Part shown: one piece after another, positions 40,034-50,145 of the stretch
How positions within the stretch are numbered: position 1 is the stretch's first letter
Layout of the letters: each line of letters starts with the position of its first letter
Source: Giardia intestinalis
Taxonomy: Eukaryota
Assembly (NCBI GenBank): GCA_000002435.2
Contig: CM018790.1
Direction: 5' to 3' (one strand)
DNA: 64,000 nucleotides
Notes under the pieces: generated by a model
What the model saw: only the letters and a program-made list of their open reading frames with translations
The model's database searches: none
What the model was told of the DNA's origin: nothing
Position numbers and translations under genes: made by a program

Positions 40034-42298
40034 TTACGTTACATCATGTTCCTTCTGCTCAAGAAATCCATCAAGTAGAATGAGCATAGGTTTGAACACG
40101 TACTCAGACTCTTTCTTTAGAGACGCTAGCTCATTATTCTGAAGAGGCTTGGCTGAGTACAGTGCATCTAGAAAGACAGCCATCAAAACCAAAAGAGGCA
40201 CAAGCGCCCAGATACACACCATGGTTAGAGTGTTAGTTGCTAGCCGCTGCAAGCCCAGCACTCCTATCTCATATAAAAGGACACAGATTGCCATCTCCAA
40301 AGCGCTGCCATCAAACCGTCCACCCTCAAAGATCCTGTGCCGTTCTAGATGGTGTACGTGACAGCGTGCATACAGAAAATCGGCACCAAAGAGCTGTGCG
40401 GCAGAGGCCATCATAAAGCAGAGCAGAATGGCCAGCGTGATCATAAGAATGCGAAGAAGAGTAAGAAACGCGTTTTTGCGCTTAATCCGCCGCACTGCCC
40501 GGATATTATATTCCAGCCGCCTTAGAATGCTAACGATCACTGCGTGGCAATCCCTGAGAATACGTTCGTTGTCAACAAAAATGGATTGCTCAAGGGACCA
40601 ACAGAGCTCATCGGTAGATGCTAAGAGCTCACCGATTCGGCTGGTAGAGGCACAACTTTGGTGTAAGCCGTTTCCAAGACCAACCTCTGAGCTTGCTGGG
40701 CCCTGAGAAATGATAGAGTGAGCATCATAAGTATTTGGGTTTACGACCCGGAGCATGGTGCCGCATTGGCTAATGAGCTTTCCGGCCATTGCGTTAACGA
40801 TTGCTTGTGAAGCAGCAAGGGTCTTAACTACATTTGACTGCTGCAGCGAATCAGCTAGTGTATAGTTCTGCTGCTGAGAGGGTGCCACTGACGAAGAAAG
40901 GAACTTATCCTGCTTGTCTGCAGATAAGGTCAAAGTAGAGATGCCCAAATGTGTTGGCTCCTGCGAGAGCTGTGGCAGTGCACCTGTTTCTACTTCGCTA
41001 GCTCCATACTGTTGCGGTCTGTTGCTTAGAGTAGCACTCAATTTAGTGACTTCAAGAACTATGTTTGACGTGTCGACAAGCGCTCTTGTTTGCTCATTAA
41101 GACATCTTATAGTATCGCATATATCTTGTTTTAGCCTCGTCGTTTTAGCCTGCTGGTTTGCCATTTTTGCATTGCCATAATGGGGGATACAGACTAGATT
41201 CATTTTGAAACGTCTGTATGGGGAGAGCAATATGAGTGACGAGGCGTACTCCTGAATGGCGTCAATACACGATTGTTTATCTGTAAGACGATCACACTTA
41301 GTAATTAGAATAGTTGTTTTTCCAAAAAGCTCATTTGATGAACTGATGTAGTGTAGTAGCCTTCCATTTTCCACAGAAAAGCCTTCGGTTTTTGTATCTA
41401 TACCACAGCTTGTTGTAAAAAGGATCTTATCAACTTGATGAAAGAGCGCCTTGATTGTGTTTTCAAACACTCGAGTTTCTGCCTTAGAAAAAAGCGAGCT
41501 CGGCTTGGCTTGTTTGCCTCGCTTGGACAGGTTGCTCAGAGAGCTGAGAATTCCTTTTGAAGTCGACGACTCTATCACGTAGCGGTAGAAAAATGGTACT
41601 TCGATGAAAATAAAGGGACACGTAGGCCCCATTAACTGGTCAGATGCTCCATGAAGTATGTTGTTACTCTGTGGTAAATGTGAGACAGACTTTTCTAACT
41701 TATCTATCGAATTATAGAGGGTAGCAGAATTAGACGAGACATCTTTATATCTAGAAGCCGAAGTAGATGAAGAATCACGTCCCCTTGGCAGCTGCTTAGT
41801 GCCCTCAGCAGTCGACTTAGTAGAGTAGTACATGGATTTCCCGGTGGGGGAGAGGTTCGCGTTGTGAAACCCACTTTGTAATTGGCTCTGGTCTGTTGAA
41901 AGCACCGATCCAGGAGTCTGCTTACTATATGAATTAAAAGCGCTGCAACGAATATGCGAGCCTGGGAATCCGTTTTCACGAAAGCAAGCATGGATGGATG
42001 GCAGTGTGTCTGCAAGACTGTCTGTAAAATAGGCAACATCGTTGACGCAAGGCACGTATATATTGATGCACATTCCCTCTGAGCGAAGCCTTGATCCGGT
42101 GATGTGACTTATAAGCGACGATTTTCCGCTGTAGTCCTCGCCAAGAACCAAAATCACTGGTCGTGGATTGGGAGCCTTAAAGGGGGTTGTAATGCGAAGT
42201 CTTTGACCAGCTGAGATTATGTGATGTACATATAGGTCTGAGATGGCTGCTCGTGTTTGCAAAGCCACATCTAAGCCTTGATCTGTATTAGAGATCAT
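40034..42298 (-). CDS. putative P-loop GTPase (dynamin/EHD/Sey1-like G domain) with C-terminal transmembrane hairpin
   Basis: P-loop PVILVLGEDYSGKSSLISHITG (compare EHD 'LVGQYSTGKTT' and Sey1 'GSQSTGKSTLLN'). Candidate G4 'ITKCDRL'. Two hydrophobic helices near the C-terminus (FLTLLRILMITLAILLCFMMASAAQLF, CIWALVPLLVLMAVFLDALY). Family assignment is tentative. Confidence 0.45.
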   Translation of the reverse strand: MISNTDQGLDVALQTRAAISDLYVHHIISAGQRLRITTPFKAPNPRPVILVLGEDYSGKSSLISHITGSRLRSEGMCINIYVPCVNDVAYFTDSLADTLPSIHACFRENGFPGSHIRCSAFNSYSKQTPGSVLSTDQSQLQSGFHNANLSPTGKSMYYSTKSTAEGTKQLPRGRDSSSTSASRYKDVSSNSATLYNSIDKLEKSVSHLPQSNNILHGASDQLMGPTCPFIFIEVPFFYRYVIESSTSKGILSSLSNLSKRGKQAKPSSLFSKAETRVFENTIKALFHQVDKILFTTSCGIDTKTEGFSVENGRLLHYISSSNELFGKTTILITKCDRLTDKQSCIDAIQEYASSLILLSPYRRFKMNLVCIPHYGNAKMANQQAKTTRLKQDICDTIRCLNEQTRALVDTSNIVLEVTKLSATLSNRPQQYGASEVETGALPQLSQEPTHLGISTLTLSADKQDKFLSSSVAPSQQQNYTLADSLQQSNVVKTLAASQAIVNAMAGKLISQCGTMLRVVNPNTYDAHSIISQGPASSEVGLGNGLHQSCASTSRIGELLASTDELCWSLEQSIFVDNERILRDCHAVIVSILRRLEYNIRAVRRIKRKNAFLTLLRILMITLAILLCFMMASAAQLFGADFLYARCHVHHLERHRIFEGGRFDGSALEMAICVLLYEIGVLGLQRLATNTLTMVCIWALVPLLVLMAVFLDALYSAKPLQNNELASLKKESEYVFKPMLILLDGFLEQKEHDVT

Positions 42299-42372
42299 CT
42301 AGCTTTTATTTCTCATTCACTGGTTAATTTCGAGCTAAGTTCCACCCGTGCAGCGGACCAGCCCTTCCCGCG

Positions 42373-43997
42373 CTTTGGGCCCGGGCGGGCACGCTCTGGC
42401 CTGCAGCGCCGCGACCTTCCAGGGCGTCTCCGGGGCCCGGCGAGGCACACCCGCCGCCGCGGGCTGTGCCGGCCGGCCACAGGCGGCTGCTGTTCGCTTC
42501 CTCGCGACCGCTTGCCACCCAGGGTCCTGCCTGTCGCTGAGGGTCCTCGGATCAGGCCCTGTCTCCGGCCAGCCGATCGAGCCGCTACCGGATCACCAGG
42601 AAGAGCAGACCCACCCATTCTGCGGCCGACACACTACCACTCTCGGAAGCGCTACGCACATAGAGAGTCTACAGCGCACTCAGCCTGACAGCTGTGATGA
42701 GCCAATACTCGACAACGCAGCATAGACAAGGGCACCGTCACGCATAGACGCCTCCACATAGTTTGCTTTGGTTCATTACGGCAAGCTTGCCAGCTGCTGT
42801 CCGACTAAATTACTCAAAGAGAACGGCTGCGGTGGACAACATTCTTGCTCATTGAATTTGAGATCCGATGATTCGGATGCCATCTAGTTCTGGTGGAGAA
42901 AGAGATCTCCATGAGTCCCTGCTGCAGGAATCACCAGTTCAGCTCTTGCACTACTGTTTCAGGGACACTCCGTCCCCTTTGCTTACTCCCCTTGGGCGCT
43001 AGAACTTGGGCACTGCCTATGTCTTGTTACATGGGTCGATGGCGCCCCCAACTTCCGTCGCAATGTCTCGTAGGGACCACCGACGTTAGTAGAGGCGTAG
43101 CTCAGATGGCGAGAGGCTGGGGCCTAACGATTAACATTGCTAAGCGTAAGAGCATCCAGAAGGTATGAAAAGTTTTCTTCCTGGGAACCCAGTCTCGAAA
43201 GAGCGGCTATCTGCAGCCCTCAGGGCGATCGCGAGTACATCAAAGCATCTGAAGCTGGTAATTGATACGCCATATGACTTCTACGAATCCTTCAACGGAC
43301 TGGTCAGGGTCTCTAGCTGAGATACTTGTTTCGGACCTGAAGAAGCCCATTGCGTTTTTGGCTATACAGGACAGCGGCAGCCTGGGGGTCCACCTACTGG
43401 GCGTCTACTACAGCAGCTGGCGGTGCCTGACATCATCGAGTAGATGGGTGCCGGTTGTAGAGAGAGACGGCCTAACGACGAACCGGTCCTGATCGCTTCT
43501 GATGCTTTGGATGACGCCTCGACAGACCGAAGCATCACCCCAAGTGTGCTGTGCAGATGGACCAGCCCACACGTCACTGAGCCAGACACACTGCACAGGA
43601 TGGGCGCCGATGCGGTCTCGTGCTGGGTGACGGAGCACCTCTGCGACCCATGAACCGAGGACTGGACCTCTCCCCTGATACCAGCGCATGGGAGTACTCC
43701 ATCGACATCCACGAATGCGTACCACAACCTCAAGATAGAGGCGCATGGGGAGCGCGCCCTCCCGGTCATACTCGGAACCGATGATCGCTTCATGGGGAGA
43801 CGAAGAGGCACCCGAGGAACGGGGTAGACACCGGGGTCGTGGCGTGCGATCTTTGTCGTAGAGCACCAAGACCTTGAAGTACATGGCCAGAGTCAACTGC
43901 TCTGAGGCCAGATCGCCGTGGATGATGCAGACCCGAGACAACGGATGCTCACTAGACATCAGACGAGAATTGACCCCGACGGGCCAGAGAGAAGGGA
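42373..43997. repeat. left arm of a ~1.6-kb inverted repeat (partner 50146-51770)
   Basis: Track ORF pairs are identical and mirror-imaged: 42893-43168(+) = 50975-51250(-), 43262-43492(+) = 50651-50881(-), and 42348-42725(+) ≈ 51418-51768(-). Paired coordinates sum to a constant (~94143). The outer ~350 bp are ~75% GC. Identity decays toward the inner end. Confidence 0.85.
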
Positions 43998-44523
43998 GGA
44001 ATCCTAGAGGCACCGCAAGAAACAGCAGGGACTCTTAAAAGAGACGGGGCATAGGAGTTCTTCCGCCGGGATTCGAGAACACCCGACTCTCGGATTTCTG
44101 ATCTCAGCTAATGTATGAGTGAGAGACTTGCCTAGAGTGGTGGTGGCTCGCATGAGAGACCACTCAGATAGCAAATGAGAGTAAATTAGGGGACCTTATT
44201 GAAAAAGAAACGGTGACCCGAGCTTCACCCATCGTGAAACAAGACCAAGGAGAAGCGCCATGGGTAGAGCAGAGAGTCTGCGAGAAGGCCTGAACCCCGA
44301 AAGGACCGATGTACGCATTCGGTCTGAGCATGCACCCATGAAACGGTAGAGAAATGTACCGGGCCCTGGATGTATCACTGGAGAGGACCCTCTTGTTATG
44401 TTATCAATGACCAACAGTCGTCTCTGAACTGGTCAGAGCTTGAGCGAGGATCACACGCAAGATCTCTGGACAATCCTCAGATAGCCCCAGCAGCATAGTG
44501 TAATAAGCTACATACAACAATGC

Positions 44524-44530
44524 GTTTACT
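44524..44530 (-). promoter_or_regulatory. Giardia polyadenylation signal AGTAAAC, 12 nt downstream of the VSP stop codon
   Basis: Minus-strand read after the stop: ...TGC CGC GGG AAG GCG TAG atgtacttaggtAGTAAACgcatt. This matches the AGTRAAY consensus of Giardia mRNA 3' ends. Confidence 0.6.
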
Positions 44531-44542
44531 ACCTAAGTACAT

Positions 44543-47245
44543 CTACGCCTTCCCGCGGCAGAGGAACCACCAACACAAGAAGCCCACAAGACCACCTACA
44601 ACAACGATCACAGCAACAGAGATGCCCGCGATCGCGCCAGTGCTGAGCCCGCTCTTGTTGACGCTTCCGCCGTTGTCAGTGCCATCCGTCTTGACGTAGC
44701 AGATGACAGAACCACTATTACCAGTTGGAGGATCGCAGCTTGCGCAGTTAGCGACACCCTGGATGCTACCGCTTGTCTCTGTACACAGCTTGCATGCTTT
44801 ACTGGCGTCCAAGTAACGGCCAGGTGGACAGGCGCTGCACTTATCGGGTTGATTGGCCACGGTGCATGTGGCACAAGTGGAATCGCATAATGGACACATG
44901 TTCGAGACAGCTGTCAAGCCATTCGCACATGTTTGGCATTTTCCATCCCCAGTGGGCGTTGTGCAGATGCTCTTCCCGGGGAGCCTGTCAGTCTTGTAGC
45001 ATCCGCCCTCCTGGATGAAGTATCCGGCGGCGCAGACCGTGCAAGCACCGTTAGCGGCAGTGGTGCAGAACAGAGTCCTGGCCGCATTGCTCGTGCAGAC
45101 GCCATTGAGCGGCACGTTGCTCCCCTTGCACTTCGAGCAGTACTTGGTACCTCCAATTGTTAGGCCGCACGTCTCGCACTCCGGGCCTTCCACGCATTGC
45201 TCCACGCACGTGCCGCCCTCATTAAGCTTGCTTTCGTCGGCGTACCTCAGCATCTTCCCGGCGGGACAGGCCGTGCACTTGGAAGCGCCGGCCCCGCTGC
45301 ACTCCGCACAGGAGGGGTCGCAGGGCGCGCACGTTTGTCCGGATAGATACGTTCCGACAGGGCAGGCATCTAAGCATGCCTTCTTCGTCGGGGTCAGATG
45401 CTTGCCTGGTTCACACGCCTCGCAAGTCTGCTTGTCCGAGGAGCACGTCTGGCAGTTCTCGATCGGGCAGTCGGCCGGCGCTGGGTTGCACGCCCTGTTA
45501 TCCCCGCTGGCCACGAATCCCGGCTTGCACGCCTCGCACGTCGCCTTGTCCGAGGAGCACGTCTGGCAGTTCTCGATCGGGCAGTCGGCCGGCGCTGGGT
45601 TGCACGCCCTGTTATCCCCGCTGGCCACGAATCCCGGCTTGCACGCCTCGCACGTCGCCTTGTCCGAGGAGCACGTCTGGCAGTTCTCGATCGGGCAGTC
45701 GGCCGGCGCTGGGTTGCACGCCCTGTTATCCCCGCTGGCCACGAATCCCGGCTTGCACGCCTCGCACGTCGCCTTGTCCGAGGAGCACGTCTGGCAGTTC
45801 TCGATCGGGCAGTCGGCCGGCGCTGGGTTGCACGCCCTGTTATCCCCGCTGGCCACGAATCCCGGCTTGCACGCCTCGCACGTCGCCTTGTCCGAGGAGC
45901 ACGTCTGGCAGTTCTCGATCGGGCAGTCGGCCGGCGCTGGGTTGCACGCCCTGTTATCCCCGCTGGCCACGAATCCCGGCTTGCACGCCTCGCACGTCGC
46001 CTTGTCCGAGGAGCACGTCTGGCAGTTCTCGATCGGGCAGTCGGCCGGCGCTGGGTTGCACGCCCTGTTATCCCCGCTGGCCACGAATCCCGGCTTGCAC
46101 GCCTCGCACGTCGCCTTGTCCGAGGAGCACGTCTGGCAGTTCTCGATCGGGCAGTCGGCCGGCGCTGGGTTGCACGCCCTGTTATCCCCGCTGGCCACGA
46201 ATCCCGGCTTGCACGCCTCGCACGTCGCCTTGTCCGAGGAGCACGTCTGGCAGTTCTCGATCGGGCAGTCGGCCGGCGCTGGGTTGCACGCCCTGTTATC
46301 CCCGCTGGCCACGAATCCCGGCTTGCACGCCTCGCACGTCGCCTTGTCCGAGGAGCACGTCTGGCAGTTCTCGATCGGGCAGTCGGCCGGCGCTGGGTTG
46401 CACGCCCTGTTATCCCCGCTGGCCACGAATCCCGGCTTGCACGCCTCGCACGTCGCCTTGTCCGAGGAGCACGTCTGGCAGTTCTCGATCGGGCAGTCGG
46501 CCGGCGCTGGGTTGCACGCCCTGTTATCCCCGCTGGCCACGAATCCCGGCTTGCACGCCTCGCACGTCGCCTTGTCCGAGGAGCACGTCTGGCAGTTCTC
46601 GATCGGGCAGTCGGCCGGCGCTGGGTTGCACGCCCTGTTATCCCCGCTGGCCACGAATCCCGGCTTGCACGCCTCGCACGTCGCCTTGTCCGAGGAGCAC
46701 GTCTGGCAGTTCTCGATCGGGCAGTCGGCCGGCGCTGGGTTGCACGCCCTGTTATCCCCGCTGGCCACGAATCCCGGCTTGCACGCCTCGCACGTCGCCT
46801 TGTCCGAGGAGCACGTCTGGCAGTTCTCGATCGGGCAGTCGGCCGGCGCTGGGTTGCACGCCCTGTTATCCCCGCTGGCCACGAATCCCGGCTTGCACGC
46901 CTCGCACGTCGCCTTGTCCGAGGAGCACGTCTGGCAGTTCTCGATCGGGCAGTCGGCCGGCGCTGGGTTGCACGCCCTGTTATCCCCGCTGGCCACGAAT
47001 CCCGGCTTGCACGCCTCGCACGTCGCCTTGTCCGAGGAGCACGTCTGGCAGTTCTCGATCGGGCAGTCGGCCGGCGCTGGGTTGCACGCCCTGTTATCCC
47101 CGCTGGCCACGAATCCCGGCTTGCACGCCTCGCACGTCGCCTTGTCCGAGGAGCACGTCTGGCAGTTCTCGATCGGGCAGTCGGTCGATACTGATGTACG
47201 GTGAGCCTGTGTCACTGTAAAAACTAGGAGAAATCCTACCAACAT
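44543..47245 (-). CDS. variant-specific surface protein (VSP) with ~15 tandem 38-aa repeats
   Basis: N-terminal signal peptide MLVGFLLVFTVTQA. Abundant CXXC motifs. Repeat unit CPIENCQTCSSDKATCEACKPGFVASGDNRACNPAPAD iterated about 15 times. C-terminal TM helix followed by the invariant VSP tail CRGKA*. Confidence 0.9.
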   Translation of the reverse strand: MLVGFLLVFTVTQAHRTSVSTDCPIENCQTCSSDKATCEACKPGFVASGDNRACNPAPADCPIENCQTCSSDKATCEACKPGFVASGDNRACNPAPADCPIENCQTCSSDKATCEACKPGFVASGDNRACNPAPADCPIENCQTCSSDKATCEACKPGFVASGDNRACNPAPADCPIENCQTCSSDKATCEACKPGFVASGDNRACNPAPADCPIENCQTCSSDKATCEACKPGFVASGDNRACNPAPADCPIENCQTCSSDKATCEACKPGFVASGDNRACNPAPADCPIENCQTCSSDKATCEACKPGFVASGDNRACNPAPADCPIENCQTCSSDKATCEACKPGFVASGDNRACNPAPADCPIENCQTCSSDKATCEACKPGFVASGDNRACNPAPADCPIENCQTCSSDKATCEACKPGFVASGDNRACNPAPADCPIENCQTCSSDKATCEACKPGFVASGDNRACNPAPADCPIENCQTCSSDKATCEACKPGFVASGDNRACNPAPADCPIENCQTCSSDKATCEACKPGFVASGDNRACNPAPADCPIENCQTCSSDKATCEACKPGFVASGDNRACNPAPADCPIENCQTCSSDKQTCEACEPGKHLTPTKKACLDACPVGTYLSGQTCAPCDPSCAECSGAGASKCTACPAGKMLRYADESKLNEGGTCVEQCVEGPECETCGLTIGGTKYCSKCKGSNVPLNGVCTSNAARTLFCTTAANGACTVCAAGYFIQEGGCYKTDRLPGKSICTTPTGDGKCQTCANGLTAVSNMCPLCDSTCATCTVANQPDKCSACPPGRYLDASKACKLCTETSGSIQGVANCASCDPPTGNSGSVICYVKTDGTDNGGSVNKSGLSTGAIAGISVAVIVVVGGLVGFLCWWFLCRGKA
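45420..47200. repeat. perfect 114-bp tandem repeat array (~15.5 copies) inside the VSP coding sequence
   Basis: The motif 'cagttctcgatcgggcagtcgg' recurs at 45453, 45567, 45681 ... 47163, exactly 114 nt apart (15 intervals). Copies appear identical at nucleotide level. This produces the long periodic spurious ORFs on the opposite strand (45015-47204, 45376-47220, 45398-47194). Confidence 0.9.
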
Positions 47246-47878
47246 TAGCCGGGTTAGTATGCCACTGCTCTTCTGTCAGGCCGGTGTATTGGCCGCGAGC
47301 AGTGAGAGACAGCCGCTCTTGCTCTCTCGATCAGTTGGACTGAAGAAGGATAAGATAGGAGCACGCCCACCGGAGGCCGGCTGATAGTGCAGTTCCCCCT
47401 GACTTCGATAGGAACAGGACCAGTGATGACTAGACTCAGACCGCACCTCTCTTGTGGAATGATTGTTCGGGGCGCACTCCTGTACATTGCTGTCACTGTA
47501 TCACTGGGCCCGCCTGCAAGTGCGCTCAGAGATCCCACGGGTAAGCTGCGCCCACTTCTCGACCGTCCGGAGACGATGGCTAGTTGTGGATAACATACTA
47601 AGAGCTCCTCTCCATCGATGCATCCAGAGCTCAGTGTGGTCCCAGTCGGCGTGCCCTGTCGAGGGTGCTCCATGTCGGCCTCCAGGATCCGGCCTGCTCA
47701 GGGCCATACAAGCCGTTAGTATGCCTCTCCTTGGCCTGCCATCGACAGCTCGCACTGGCCGCCCTGCTCGGGTAGTAGCCAAGGTCACTCCAAAGGGTGG
47801 CTCCGGATTGCAGTTAAGATTAGCGATGGCTGTTGGCTCCACTCCCCGTTCCAACTGCCGCGGAGGGCGCCCTGGGAG

Positions 47879-50016
47879 ATGCTAGTAACAGTGCAGTTAG
47901 CGGCTTTGCAGAGCCGATGGGCGCTGGTGGCATCCCCGTGCTCAGCGGGGGCCTTCAGTGTTATCTACTCTCCCAAGGGATGCCCCTACCTCGCCGTGAG
48001 AGAGATCCGGCTCGACGGTCTGGATCAGCACGGTGTGGATGCTAAAGCGTGGGCTGGTCGCCCTTCTTAACATCTTTCACCTGGGAGTCCTCAAGCACTA
48101 TCAAGTGATTGAAGACGAGGGCCTCATCTACGTCGTCACGGACCGGCACGACAAGACCCTTGAGCGCCTCCTCACCGAGCACAAACGAAGGAAGATCCCC
48201 GTCCCTATCGCTGTGATCCTCTCTGTCATGAAGCAGGTCGCTGCCGCCCTCGCCTACCTCCACGGCCTCAGCGGAGTGGGTGCCGACGGTCGCCCCTACA
48301 AGGGCCTCGTCCACCGCGACCTCAAGCTTGCGAACGTCCTCGTCAGCGCAGATGGTGAACACTTCATCATCGCCGACTTCGGCCTCTGTAAGGACGCCCT
48401 GAGATGCGGGAGCACCATTGCAGGCACGGCAGTATACATGGCCCCCGAGATTCTCCTCCGTAATGAGACCAGCCATGCTTCCGACGTGTGGAGCCTCGGG
48501 GTCATCATTTATGAATTAGTAACTCTGAGGAGACCGGACTTCTTGGGGGGCAAGGAGCCAGCAGAGGTCTTCGTCGACGGGTGGAGGCCGGACCTGAGCG
48601 GTGTCACTGATGGCTTCATAAAGAGTGTTCTGGAGAGGATATTCGTGCTGGAACCAGAGGAAAGACTGACGGCCAGGGAGCTGCACGAGACGCTCACTGC
48701 GGCTGACATCCCAGTTAGTGAGCTGAGGGGCAGTGCGTGATGCTGAGGTACAAGTGCGGATCCTTGGAGGCTGCGCTGAATGGCGCTAACGCCAGGATCG
48801 CGCTGCTGGAAGAGGAGGTTAAGACTAAGTCTACTAAGATTGACGCACTCGAAGAGCAAGGTAAGGAGCACCTAGCCATGATTAAGGCACTGGAGAGTAG
48901 GCTTGCACAGTTCGGTGACAGGATGAACACGACTGACCCTCAGTCCAGCCTCCTTTTGCTGCCCAGGCTGATGCGTGCCGCGCATACGAATAGCATGGAA
49001 ACCGTCTGGATGCTGCTTGAAGAAGGACTCGGCGTTGGCTAGCGTGACGAGCAGGGGCACGTCAGTCCCGTCGAGTTGCTTGTTGGGGAGGAGAGGGGCC
49101 TCCAGGACAGGAACGGCTGGACCCCCTGATGATCACCACAGAGGAGGGCTATGCAAGAGCTGCCTCCCTTCTGGTCCCATATGAGAAGGACCGGATCGGC
49201 AGCGAAGGCAAGACGGCCTTGGTGATTGCGGCAGAGGCAGGACATGGAACTGTGGTGGAGGCCATCGACCCAACCGATGAGAATGGCGTCACGGCGCTCA
49301 TGCGAGCTGTTAATAGAAACTACGTGGGGCCTGTGAAGGCAGTCATACTTAGCCAGAGAAGGAGGAAAACATACAAAGAGGTCATAGCAAGCGGATGGTA
49401 CATGCGCACAGGAACAGCTCTGATGATGGCTGCGGCACATGGATACGCAGAAATAGTAGAACTGCTAGTGGAACACGAAAAGGGGAGAAAGTAGGCGGTT
49501 GGGCCGCTCTCATATTCGCGGCACGGTGCGACCGTTCCAATGACCCCCTGGTGGACTATATTGGGCGCGTTGAGCTTTTGATGGAGTATGAGAGCAATAT
49601 CTCAGGGTGGACGGAGCTCATGTATGCAGTAGCACGAGGGCAGAAGGGAGTGTAGAGCTGCTCAAGCAGGAGACTGGGATACAGAATAACGATCATCAGA
49701 CTGTCCTCACGTGGACGGTGTGCAATGATCACCCAGAGTGTGTCAGGCCCCTGCTGAAGGACGAAGGCTGCATGCAAACGACCAAGGGGGGACCGCCCTT
49801 ATGAACGCAGCATATAGCAACACCGTGGAATGTGCAAGACTTCCTAAAGAAAACGAGAAGGAGCTGAAGACAATTTCTAGCTGCCATGGTCACTCGCCCG
49901 GTACCACTGCCCTCAATATCGCTAAGAAGAAGGATCGCAAAGAGATAGTAGACATCCTCCCAAACGAGATCTACTCTGCTTCATCAAGGTCGGCTTGCCA
50001 GCTCCTGTCCGAGTAA
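47879..50016 (+). pseudogene. NEK-type kinase / coiled-coil / ankyrin-repeat gene disrupted by multiple frameshifts (pseudogene)
   Basis: Kinase N-lobe fragment (GAFSVIYSPKGCPYLAVREIRL, 47879-48070, frame 2) overlaps out of frame with the C-lobe (HRDLKLANVLVSADGEHFIIADFGLCKD...YMAPEIL...DVWSLGVIIYEL, 48033-48740, frame 0). Next comes a coiled coil (48737-49042, frame 2). Ankyrin-repeat pieces follow in frames 1, 0, 2 and 1 (49129-49494, 49395-49655, 49607-49804, 49738-50016; e.g. GKTALVIAAEAGHGTVVEAI, GTALMMAAAHGYAEIVELLVEH, GGTALMNAAYSNTVECARL, TALNIAKKKDRKEIVDIL). At least 6 frame changes in ~2.1 kb. The VAIK lysine is replaced (LAVRE). Confidence 0.6.
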
Positions 50017-50145
50017 ATCCGTCCAGGATCCGGAGTCCGGATGCCGCCCACTCTGGAGAAGAGCCTTGTGCATCCCGCCTAGGAGCCATTGGGTGCTCCA
50101 CTATATGCTTCGGGGCGTCCCTTCTCTCTGGCCCGTCGGGGTCAG

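Noticed and set aside
42278-42725. Multiple overlapping 60-136-aa ORFs on both strands in the GC-rich arm ends (mirror set at 51418-51822)
   Set aside because: Simultaneous open frames on both strands with Arg/Pro/Gly/Ala-rich translations are what ~75% GC DNA gives by chance. No motif, no start context.
43085-43170. tRNA-like A-box ('ggcgtagctcagatggcgagagg') inside the IR arm (mirror at ~51010-51060)
   Set aside because: It has a good D-arm-like string, but no B-box (GGTTCGANTCC) follows and no acceptor or anticodon stems can be folded. At most it is a decayed tRNA-derived fragment, not a gene.
45420-47200. Regular direct repeats that could superficially suggest a CRISPR array
   Set aside because: The units are contiguous 114-bp copies with no unique spacers. 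They lie inside a protein-coding gene in a eukaryotic genome. This is not a CRISPR array.
45015-47220. Three long plus-strand ORFs (729, 614, 598 aa) with perfectly periodic sequence antisense to the VSP
   Set aside because: They are reading-frame artefacts of the 114-bp tandem array. The repeat happens to lack stops in these frames. Their 'proteins' are simple periodic strings (…HVWQFSIGQSAGAGLHALLSPLATNPGLHASHVALSEE…, …RGARLAVLDRAVGRRWVARPVIPAGHESRLARLARRLV…) with no start context. The VSP on the minus strand carries a signal peptide, TM helix, CRGKA tail and polyA signal.
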